Shown piece by piece: positions 36,152 to 44,100 of a stretch of 48,759 nucleotides of DNA (positions are counted from its first letter, which is position 1; each line of letters opens with the position of its first letter). Under the pieces are notes generated by a model, which worked only from the letters and a program-made list of their open reading frames with translations, was not told where the DNA came from and did not search any database. The translations under genes and the position numbers were made by a program. Source of the DNA: Bacteroidaceae bacterium (GTDB lineage: Bacteria > Bacteroidota > Bacteroidia > Bacteroidales > Bacteroidaceae); contig JAFQLT010000134.1 in assembly GCA_017396545.1 (NCBI GenBank), forward strand, positions 1-48,759, read 5' to 3'.

Positions 36152-36292
36152 AGTTGGGAGTTAGGAATTAGGAGTTAGGAGTTACATGCTCCGTCAAACC
36201 TAAATTCCTAACTCCTAACTTTATTTTAATTCTTGGATACAGTTGAGGGGGCTCCTAACTCCTCATTCCTAACTCCTAACTCCTAATTATTA
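36152..36292. repeat. Heptamer-word inverted array (GTTAGGA/ATTAGGA and complements) filling the rpmF-era spacer
   Basis: The left array is GTTGGGA GTTAGGA ATTAGGA GTTAGGA GTTAC at 36153-36185. Complementary arrays lie at 36199-36220 and 36252-36290. Hand-checked perfect pairings are 36166-36184 with 36270-36288 (19 bp) and 36173-36184 with 36209-36220 (12 bp). Confidence 0.85.
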
Positions 36293-36297
36293 AACCC

Positions 36298-37179
36298 GTG
36301 CACAAAGCAGGATTCGTAAATATCGTGGGCAACCCCAATGTGGGTAAGTCGACACTGATGAACAAGTTTGTCGGTGAACGCATATCCATTGCCACCTTCA
36401 AGGCGCAGACTACGCGTCACCGCATCATGGGAATCGTGAATACGGACGACATGCAGATCGTATTCTCCGACACGCCCGGCGTACTCAAGCCTAACTATAA
36501 GTTGCAGGAGTCAATGCTGCAGTTCTCCGAGTCGGCGTTGCAGGATGCCGATGTTCTCGTCTACGTCACCGACGTGGTGGAGAAGATCGACAAGAACCAG
36601 GACTTCTTGCAGAAGGTGCAGCGCATGGACGTTCCCATCCTGTTGCTCATCAACAAGATTGACATGAGCAATCAGAAGGAGCTTACCGCCCTCGTTGAGG
36701 AGTGGCACGAACTGTTGCCGCAGGCGGAGATTATTCCCATCTCGGCATCGAACAACTTCAATGTTGATGTAGTGCTACGCCGCATCAAGGATCTGTTGCC
36801 CGACAGTCCGCCCTTTTTCGACAAGGACCAGCTGACGGACAAACCCGCCCGTTTCTTCGTCACCGAGATTATCCGTGAAAAGATTCTCCTCTACTACGAT
36901 AAGGAGATACCTTACTCCTGTGAGGTGAGCGTGGAGCAGTTCAAGGAGACGGAGAAGAACATCCACATCAATGCAGTGATTTATGTGGAGCGCGAGTCGC
37001 AGAAGGGCATCATCATTGGCAACCAGGGCAAGGCGCTGAAGAAGGTGATGACCGAGGCACGCCGCTCTTTGGAGCAGTTCTTCGGCAAGAGCATATACCT
37101 CGAAACCTTTGTGAAAGTAGATAAGGATTGGCGCAACTCGGACAAGGAGCTGCGTAGCTTTGGATATAACCTTGAATAA
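36298..37179 (+). CDS. era: GTPase Era
   Basis: GTG start (VHKAGFVNIVGNPNVGKST). G motifs DTPG and NKID are present, with a C-terminal KH domain (VERESQKGIIIGNQGKALK). Confidence 0.95.
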   Translation: MHKAGFVNIVGNPNVGKSTLMNKFVGERISIATFKAQTTRHRIMGIVNTDDMQIVFSDTPGVLKPNYKLQESMLQFSESALQDADVLVYVTDVVEKIDKNQDFLQKVQRMDVPILLLINKIDMSNQKELTALVEEWHELLPQAEIIPISASNNFNVDVVLRRIKDLLPDSPPFFDKDQLTDKPARFFVTEIIREKILLYYDKEIPYSCEVSVEQFKETEKNIHINAVIYVERESQKGIIIGNQGKALKKVMTEARRSLEQFFGKSIYLETFVKVDKDWRNSDKELRSFGYNLE

Positions 37180-37263
37180 AATTAGGAGTTAGGAATTAGG
37201 AGTTGAAACTCCACGAAGCCCACCGCGGCACTAAAAATTCCTAACTCCTAATTCCTAATTTAG
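37178..37263. repeat. Second heptamer-word hairpin (AATTAGG AGTTAGG ...) filling the era-der spacer
   Basis: It starts at the era stop codon. A perfect 18-bp stem pairs 37180-37197 (AATTAGGAGTTAGGAATT) with 37236-37253. An inner 6-bp mini-hairpin is GGAGTT-gaa-AACTCC. The 18-mer differs by 1 nt from the one at 36166-36183. Confidence 0.85.
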
Positions 37264-37269
37264 TAAGAA

Positions 37270-38583
37270 ATGGGAAACTTAGTAGCTATCGTAGGACGCC
37301 CCAATGTGGGCAAGTCCACACTGTTTAACCGCTTCACACAGACGCGCCATGCTATCGTGGCTGATGAAGCTGGCACTACGCGCGACCGCCAGTACGGCAA
37401 GTGCGAATGGACGGGGCGCGAGTTCTCAATCGTCGACACTGGCGGTTGGGTAGTCAACTCCGATGACATCTTCGAAGAGGAAATCCGCAAGCAGGTGCTC
37501 ATCGCCGTGGAGGAGGCCGATGTGGTGCTCTTTCTCGTCGACGTGCAGAACGGTGTCACTGACCTCGACATGCAGGTGGCCTCCATCCTGCGCCGTTCGA
37601 AGACGCCCGTCATCCTCGTGTCCAACAAGACCGACAACTACGATCTGCAGTACAATGCCGCCGAGTTCTATTCGCTCGGTCTGGGCGACCCCTTCTGCGT
37701 ATCGGCACTTACGGGTAGCGGCACGGGTGACCTGCTCGACATGGTCGTCGAGAAACTGCCTGCACCTACCCCCGACGAAGCCGAAGAGGAGATCCCCCGC
37801 TTTGCTGTCGTGGGTCGTCCGAATGTGGGCAAGAGCTCTATCGTGAATGCCTTCATCGGCGAGGACCGCAACATCGTGACCAATATCGCCGGCACTACGC
37901 GCGACTCTATCTATACACGCTATACGAAGTTCGGCTTCGACTTCTACCTCGTCGATACCGCCGGTATCCGCAAGAAGGGCAAGGTGAACGAGGACCTTGA
38001 ATTCTACTCCGTGATGCGCTCTATCCGCGCCATCGAGAATGCCGACGTATGTATACTCATGCTCGATGCCACACGCGGACTCGAGAGTCAGGACCTCAAC
38101 ATCTACTCCCTTGTGCAGCGCAACCAGAAGGGCCTTGTGGTAGTTATCAATAAGTGGGACCTCGTGGAGGACAAGAGCACCAAGGCGATGAAGTACTTCG
38201 AAGACACCATCCGTGAGCGCTTTGCCCCCTTCACCGACTTCCCCATCGTGTTTGCCTCGGCACTCACCAAGCAGCGCATCTTCAAGGTGCTCGAGCTGGC
38301 CAAGGAGACCTACCTCAACCGCAACAACAAGGTGTCTACTGCGAAGCTCAACGAGGAGATGCTGCCCATCATCGAGGCCACGCCGCCCCCATCAAACAAG
38401 GGTAAGTATATCAAGATTAAGTATTGCATGCAGCTGCCTGGCACACGAGTGCCCTCATTCGTGTTCTTCGCCAACCTGCCGCAGTATGTGAAGGAACCCT
38501 ACAAGCGCTTCCTCGAAAACAAGATTCGCGAGCGCTGGAACTTCACGGGTACTCCGATTAATATATATATACGTCAGAAGTGA
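37270..38583 (+). CDS. der: GTPase Der/EngA (double G-domain)
   Basis: Two G-domains (GRPNVGKST appears twice; DTGG and DTAG; NKTD and NKWD) plus a KH-like C-terminus. Confidence 0.95.
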   Translation: MGNLVAIVGRPNVGKSTLFNRFTQTRHAIVADEAGTTRDRQYGKCEWTGREFSIVDTGGWVVNSDDIFEEEIRKQVLIAVEEADVVLFLVDVQNGVTDLDMQVASILRRSKTPVILVSNKTDNYDLQYNAAEFYSLGLGDPFCVSALTGSGTGDLLDMVVEKLPAPTPDEAEEEIPRFAVVGRPNVGKSSIVNAFIGEDRNIVTNIAGTTRDSIYTRYTKFGFDFYLVDTAGIRKKGKVNEDLEFYSVMRSIRAIENADVCILMLDATRGLESQDLNIYSLVQRNQKGLVVVINKWDLVEDKSTKAMKYFEDTIRERFAPFTDFPIVFASALTKQRIFKVLELAKETYLNRNNKVSTAKLNEEMLPIIEATPPPSNKGKYIKIKYCMQLPGTRVPSFVFFANLPQYVKEPYKRFLENKIRERWNFTGTPINIYIRQK

Positions 38584-38599
38584 TATGAATCTACAATAA

Positions 38600-38640
38600 A
38601 AGGGGAGGGGGTGACTTTGCAAAGTCAGCCCCTCCCTTTC
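38600..38640 (+). terminator. Intrinsic terminator after der
   Basis: AAAGGGGAGGGGGTGACTTT-gc-AAAGTCAGCCCCTCCCTTT with one mismatch, followed by a T-rich tail. Confidence 0.7.
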
Positions 38641-38761
38641 TTTGCCTTTCCGGTTAACGATTTTATGGGCAATGACCCTCGGTTTTCCATGAATGAATGT
38701 TAAAATAGCTTCAGTTTGCCGAAAAACAGATTGTTTTTATTGTTCTTCAATAAATTGTTTA

Positions 38762-38769
38762 TATCTTTG
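38762..38769 (+). promoter_or_regulatory. Candidate -7 box TATCTTTG for the DUF2975 gene
   Basis: Exact TAnnTTTG match about 31 nt upstream of ATG 38800. Confidence 0.45.
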
Positions 38770-38799
38770 CATCGTTAAACGATAAAAACTTATTGAATT

Positions 38800-39270
38800 A
38801 TGAGAACTAATCTTTCAAAACGAATGTCGGTAGTTACCGGTTTTGTGATCTTTTTCGGAGTGTTGAACATATTGTTATTATTGGCGAAAGCAGAGAATGC
38901 GGTGGGCATTTGGAGTAATCCTTTGGGCAAATGGAATGAAGAGTGGTATGCTTGGAAAGTACTTATTCTCGCAGGGTATGTTATCTTTGGCCTTATAGTA
39001 AACATACTCACCATGGTGTTTATGCTCAACTCCATCAAGCTAATCAAATGCGGCGAGTTTTTCTCAAAGCGTAACGCTAATATTATATGGTGGTCGGCAC
39101 CTGTATATTTTCTTTCAGGTCTATGCGCCAATAATTTCCCCATAATTTATGGCGCTCCACTCTTTATGGTCTATCCCAACACATTCTTTACTCCCCTTCT
39201 GCTCATCGGTGTTGCGATAATCTATTCAGCAGGTGTCCGTCTGAGCGAAGAGAACCGCTTGACGGTGTAA
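38800..39270 (+). CDS. DUF2975-like four-helix membrane protein (156 aa)
   Basis: Four hydrophobic helices and the classic position directly upstream of a small YozG-like HTH gene. Confidence 0.7.
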   Translation: MRTNLSKRMSVVTGFVIFFGVLNILLLLAKAENAVGIWSNPLGKWNEEWYAWKVLILAGYVIFGLIVNILTMVFMLNSIKLIKCGEFFSKRNANIIWWSAPVYFLSGLCANNFPIIYGAPLFMVYPNTFFTPLLLIGVAIIYSAGVRLSEENRLTV

Positions 39271-39305
39271 TGTCTGCATTGTATCACCATTAAAAGAATA
39301 TCGAT

Positions 39306-39515
39306 ATGTCAATTATAGTAAATGTAGATGTGATGCTCGCCAAGCGCAAGATGACCTCGGGCGAGCTGGCCGAGAAGGTAGGCATTACCGCCGCCAACCT
39401 CTCCATCCTCAAGACGGGCAAGGCGCGTGCCATCCGCTTCTCTACCCTCGATGCTATATGCAAGGCGCTCGACTGCCAGCCGGGCGATATACTCGAGTAT
39501 CGCAGCGGGAAATAA
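39306..39515 (+). CDS. Small XRE/Cro-family HTH transcriptional regulator (YozG-like, 69 aa)
   Basis: The segment MLAKRKMTSGELAEKVGITAANLSILKTGKARAIRFSTLDAICKALDCQPGDILEY is the typical short HTH_26-type sequence. Confidence 0.85.
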   Translation: MSIIVNVDVMLAKRKMTSGELAEKVGITAANLSILKTGKARAIRFSTLDAICKALDCQPGDILEYRSGK

Positions 39516-39679
39516 TCTCCCCGATATAGTAGAGTCAATTAATTTTCATTGCAAATCGGGTATACCCTCGAAGTAAATTGAGTATACCCAACAGAGAAAA
39601 AGGGTCTGCCCAATAAAAAAATCGGGTAGGCCCATTTGGGGTGTTAGGGATGCATTTTATGCGGTATGTACAGGTGACA

Positions 39680-39838
39680 GGAGTAATAAAAGTTTATTTT
39701 TGGGCTGGCATTGGCACGAGGAAAATCATACATAGGGTGGATTATTGTACATCTGTTCAGGCAAACGTGTACGATTTTGAACCTCGTTCGGCGAATATCG
39801 CAGTGCCAATGCCAGCCCAAAAATAAACTTTTTACTCC
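39680..39838. repeat. Long inverted repeat with 30 bp perfect (36 bp with a 2-nt bulge) around an 85-nt core
   Basis: Arm 1 at 39688-39717 is AAAAGTTTATTTTTGGGCTGGCATTGGCAC. Arm 2 at 39803-39832 is its exact reverse complement. An outer GGAGTA/TACTCC extension adds to the stem. An inner CGAGG/CCTCG pairing lies at 39717-39721 with 39782-39786. Confidence 0.9.
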
Positions 39839-39904
39839 TGGATGGAGTCTCTGCAGTCTACTCAGGGGGCTTTGCTTTTCGGTGTTTGGTTCTCTCTGTA
39901 TGAG

Positions 39905-39967
39905 GAATCGGACAAAGAGATTTCTCCTCGTCTCTTTGTCCGATTCAAAAAAACTCTTTGTCCGATT
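39905..39967. repeat. 16-bp perfect hairpin plus a third direct copy of its 3' arm
   Basis: GAATCGGACAAAGAGA (39905-39920) pairs with TCTCTTTGTCCGATTC (39931-39946). An A7 run follows, then CTCTTTGTCCGATT again at 39954-39967, followed by TTTC. Confidence 0.7.
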
Positions 39968-39996
39968 TTCTTGCCAGACGGCTCCGTTCTGAAGTC

Positions 39997-40815
39997 TTAA
40001 TATTGTTCCTTCTCGTTGGGGAAGTCGCCGCTCTTCACGTCCTCCACATAGTGCCCTACGGCATCGGTGACTACGGTGAAGAGGTCGGCATAACGGCGCA
40101 GGAAACGGGGGCTGAAGTCGTTGGTCATACCCAGCATGTCTGTCACCACCAGCACTTGTCCGTCGACACCGCCGCCGGCTCCGATACCGATGATGGGGAT
40201 GGTGAGTTCACGGGCCACACGCTCGGCGAGAGTCGCGGGAATCTTCTCCAACACGATGGCGAAGCAACCTGCCTCTTCGAGTAGGTGGGCATCGTGGATG
40301 AGCTTCTCGGCCTCGGCATCCTCCTTGGCGCGCACGGCATAGGTGCCGAACTTGTTTATCGACTGGGGCATCAAGCCCAGATGTCCCATCACGGGGATGC
40401 CGGCTGCCAGGATACGCTTCACCGAAGGAAGTATCTCTTCACCGCCTTCGAGCTTGAGGGCATCGGCGTGGGTGATCTTCATCATGTGGATGGCATTGTT
40501 CACCGCCTCGATATCGCTGGCCTGATAGGTCCCGAAGGGCATGTCCACTACCACGAGGGCGCGCTGTACGGCTTTCACTACCGACTTGCCATGATAGATC
40601 ATCTGGTCGAGGGTGATGGGGAGGGTGGTGACGTTGCCTGCCATGACGTTCGATGCCGAGTCGCCTACGAGGATAACGTCGACGCCTGCGCGGTCTACGA
40701 GTGAGGCCATGGTGTAGTCGTATGAGGTGAGCATGGAAATCTTCTCTCCGCGCTGTTTCATCTCGGATAGTCGGTGGGTAGTCACCTTGCGTTTGTCATC
40801 GCTGATGTATGCCAT
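39997..40815 (-). CDS. panB: 3-methyl-2-oxobutanoate hydroxymethyltransferase
   Basis: 272 aa. Motifs include MLTSYDY, VGDS, LKLEGG and GHLGLMPQS, typical of PanB. Confidence 0.95.
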   Translation of the reverse strand: MAYISDDKRKVTTHRLSEMKQRGEKISMLTSYDYTMASLVDRAGVDVILVGDSASNVMAGNVTTLPITLDQMIYHGKSVVKAVQRALVVVDMPFGTYQASDIEAVNNAIHMMKITHADALKLEGGEEILPSVKRILAAGIPVMGHLGLMPQSINKFGTYAVRAKEDAEAEKLIHDAHLLEEAGCFAIVLEKIPATLAERVARELTIPIIGIGAGGGVDGQVLVVTDMLGMTNDFSPRFLRRYADLFTVVTDAVGHYVEDVKSGDFPNEKEQY

Positions 40816-40837
40816 AATATGTGGTTGTTAGTCCTGT

Positions 40838-40877
40838 AAAAATGAAAAAGGAAACACTTGATGTGTCTCCTTTTTTT
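40838..40877 (-). terminator. Terminator downstream of tRNA-Phe
   Basis: On the minus strand: AAAGGAGACAC-atcaa-GTGTTTCCTTT followed by TTCATTTTT. Confidence 0.6.
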
Positions 40878-40880
40878 AAG

Positions 40881-40953
40881 TGGTGCCACCAGGAATCGAA
40901 CCGGGGACACAAGGATTTTCAGTCCTTTGCTCTACCAACTGAGCTATGGCACC
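40881..40953 (-). tRNA. tRNA-Phe (anticodon GAA)
   Basis: Hand-folded cloverleaf. Acceptor GGTGCCA/TGGCACC, D-arm GCTC-AGTTGGTA-GAGC, anticodon arm AAGGA-CTGAAAA-TCCTT, T-arm CCCGG-TTCGATT-CCTGG. The T-stem has one C-U mismatch as read. Confidence 0.9.
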
Positions 40954-40970
40954 TCCTTGATTTCGCGTGC

Positions 40971-40978
40971 AAAGGTAG
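40971..40978 (-). promoter_or_regulatory. Candidate -7 box (TACCTTTG on the minus strand) for tRNA-Phe
   Basis: The reverse complement of CAAAGGTA lies about 18 nt upstream of the tRNA 5' end. Confidence 0.5.
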
Positions 40979-41056
40979 TGCTTATTTTGGAATCTACAAA
41001 GGGAAAAACGAAAAAAATGCGAAATTTCAGTGTATTTTGTCTATGGAGAATAGAAA

Positions 41057-41086
41057 GACAGGTCTGCCAATGCTGGCAGACCTGTC
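41057..41086 (-). terminator. Terminator downstream of the sialidase gene
   Basis: Perfect 13-bp stem GACAGGTCTGCCA-atgc-TGGCAGACCTGTC. On the minus strand it is followed by TTTCTATTCT. Confidence 0.7.
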
Positions 41087-41104
41087 TGTGTAGTTGTTAT
41101 CGCT

Positions 41105-44100
41105 TTACTTGACCCATACCTTGCGGCCGTCCGAGGTGATGTAGATGCCCGATATGGGGTGGGCAACACGATTGCCTCGCAGGTCGTAGAAGATGATGGG
41201 CTTGGCGGGCCCGGCGACATTGTCGATGCCTGCAGGCACATCGATATGGAATGTCAAGGCTGATGCACTGCTCTCGCTCGTGTAGTAGGCGCTGTTTGCC
41301 GGAATGGTGCCGGAGGTGGCAGTACGTTTCTTGAAGGCAGACTCACCGTTGGGGAGGTAGATGTTGCTTCCACTGACGTTGCGTGGTCGCAGTACGCCCT
41401 GCAGGTGGTTAGTATAGTCGTAGTTGACACTCTTCTCAGTAGCTGTGAGGCTATAGTTGCCCTTTTCGCCGATGAGGATAGAGGCACTGTTGGCGGGTAC
41501 AAGGTTGCCGGCATAGGGATGGATGACCATGCACTCAACGCCTTCGAGCACGGCTACGGTGTCGGCGTAGTAGCCGGTGAGCCCCTCAGGAAGGGTGACG
41601 CTGAAGGGGAGGTTGATGGTAGTGTAGGCATTGTCGCCGATGGTCACGCCGTACTCGGCGGGTTCGATGTACCAGAGCGATGCGGCTGCATCGGCGGTCC
41701 AGGGTACGAGACGGACGTTGTCGCCAGCGAGGTGGAGGCCTACGTTGCCGCCCGTCTTGTTGGTGCAGACGATGGAACTCTTACCGTTGGAGCGGGCAGT
41801 GACGGTCCAGATACCTGCAGCAGTAGTGTCGGTGGTCACGACAGGTTGTGTCTCATTGGCTCCGAGCGGGCCGAGGTAGTACTCGAAGTTGCCGTTATAG
41901 AGGAAGTACTTGCCCTCATGGGCTGTGGGGGCGAAAGAGAAGTACTGGTCGGCATTGGTAGTGCTCGATGCGGTGGCCTTTACGCGCTCGGCTTCGGGCT
42001 GCAGGTAGAGCGTGGCGTTGGAACGCTCGGTGTTGCGGATGCGGTACCATGCGCCAGGAACCAATTTGATGGCAGGGGCATTGATGATGGCATCGTTGAT
42101 GTCTTCGTAGGTCTCTTGTGAGGGCGATGCGGTGTAGGCGGAAAGGGCGGCATTGATTTGTTCCTCGGCCTCGGGGTAGAGGCAGCCTACGTAGTTGCCT
42201 GCACCCAACTCCACAGTAGAAAGCTTGGCGTCGACACCTTCGGTGATGAAGGCACGGCTGTCGAGTTCGGGATAGTAGGTGTAGGCGCTGTCGGTAATCT
42301 GCTCCAAAGAGTAGTTCTTGTATACGATGGTGTATCCGCCGCCGTTGGTACCGTAGGTGTCCTCCTCGTAGAGGAAGGCAAGAGTACTGTCGGCTTGCCA
42401 GCAGAGGGTAGAGTATGCCGAGCTGAGGTAGCTGGCTTGATGGCGGCCGTCCCAATCCTTGGCAAGGTTGGCAGGAGTGACGAAGTCGGCCAGGCTCTCC
42501 AACTCCTTATAATAGATGCCTACATTGGCGCGTCCTGAGCCGAAGGGTACGGACTGGAGTTGCAGGTATACGGGCTTGCCGTCGGCTACACGCTTGGCCG
42601 GCACGTTGATGATCTCACCGTTGGTGGAGTTGCTGATGGCAGTGGTACCGTTGTTGGAGTTGCCCGAGAAGCTGTGCGTGCCCCAGCTTCCCTCGGCTTT
42701 CTTGCTGTCGGTGTAGGAGAAGATGTTGTAGTAGCGTCCGCCGCTGACACGGGAGCTCACGAGTACCGAGCCGTCGGGGAGTTCGTCGGCCTTGGGCTCA
42801 TCGGCGCCACTGGGGATGGGGGCCACGTTGGGGTCGCCGAGGATGGTCCATTTCTCACCGAAGTCATCGGAGTAGAGCACGAAGTTGACGTGTGTGCCGT
42901 TGACATCCTTCACCAGTACGGAGCAGTAGATGCGGTAGTAGTCGCCTACCTTGATGTATTTGCTCTGTGAAATCTTGCCTGAACCGACGAACATGGCGCG
43001 AACGGGACCGTAAGGGGTGTTGTCGAGCTGTGAGTAGATGCTCTCGGAGCGGTCTACAGGCTCGCTCCAGGTCTTGCCATAGTCGTTGCTGTAGAAGTGG
43101 GCGATACCCTGATGGTTGTTGCGCTGGCCGTTGGGGAAGGAGACGTTGCCCGAGCAGCTGATGACGAGTACGCGGCTGCTCTCGCGGTCGGCCACGATGC
43201 AGGGGTCGCCAAAACCGACGTACATCTGACCCGGGGTGGAGACGCCTGCGGCTCCCCGTCCTTCGACGATGGGGAAGATGTCGCCCCAGGTCTTGCCGTT
43301 GTCGTGGCTGATGCGGGCATGGAGGTCGATGCGTCCGTTGTTGGCCATACCGATGTCGGCACGGCTGTGGCGGTAGTCGGCAACAGCGATGAGGTCACCG
43401 TTGGATGCGGTGGCGATGGCGGGGATACGGTAGGGGATAGCTGCCGAGGTGGGGGTGGGGAATACCTCGAACTGCGGTTCGGGAGTGATGGAGGCCCGCT
43501 TGAGCATGACGGTGAAGTTGGTGAAGGTAATGCCCTTGTTGGCTCCTGACTGGGTGAAGGTGGCCACGCGTTCTTCGAGCTCAGTTACCTCGATGTGCTG
43601 TACGGTTGCTGATGAGGTATAGCTCTTGCCTTTCACGTTGAGGGTGAGCGAGTAGCTGGTGTCACCGTCGGTATTGGCAAAGTCGAAGCTGTAGCCCGCT
43701 ACGATGAAGTCCTCGGGAGCTGTGAGGGTGTAGGTTGAGCTTCCTGATGTGCCCGAGTAGCCTGCGATGTTGTCGCCCGAGGAGGTCATGTTGTTGACGC
43801 CGGTACTGATGCTGAAGCCCTGGACCTGTGAGCTCTCCCATTTGGAGTGCCATGTGCCGCCGGAGTTGCTGGCGGTGAATGTTCCTGTCGATAGCAGTAC
43901 CTGCAGTGAAGTCTCGGCGAGGGCTATCTGCAGGGTGGAACCGGCATCGGCACCGCCTGTCCAGAAGGCCAGCTTGCCGTTGCCGCCAAAGTTGTTCACC
44001 TTATGGGTGGTGCCATGAAGCTGCATGAAGTATCCCTCTACGTTACTGATCTTGTCGGATGCGAGGAAGTCCCATGCAGCGATGTGCCCTGCGGGGAGCG

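Noticed and set aside
39688-39832. Interpretation of the 30-bp inverted repeat as a Bacteroides-style invertible promoter (inverton), and of ORFs 39641..39826 and 39711..39992 as genes.
   Set aside because: The 85-nt core contains no TAnnTTTG box on either strand. Both flanks are 3' ends of convergent genes, so there is nothing to switch. No recombinase is nearby. The two ORFs run through the repeat arms and have no protein-like features. It is kept as an unexplained repeat, not as an inverton.
41405-43549. Several 130-240-aa plus-strand ORFs (41405..42121, 42560..42970, 43097..43549).
   Set aside because: They are antisense to the sialidase CDS, which carries unambiguous RIP and Asp-box motifs. 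The antisense translations are Gly/Val/Asp-rich shadows.
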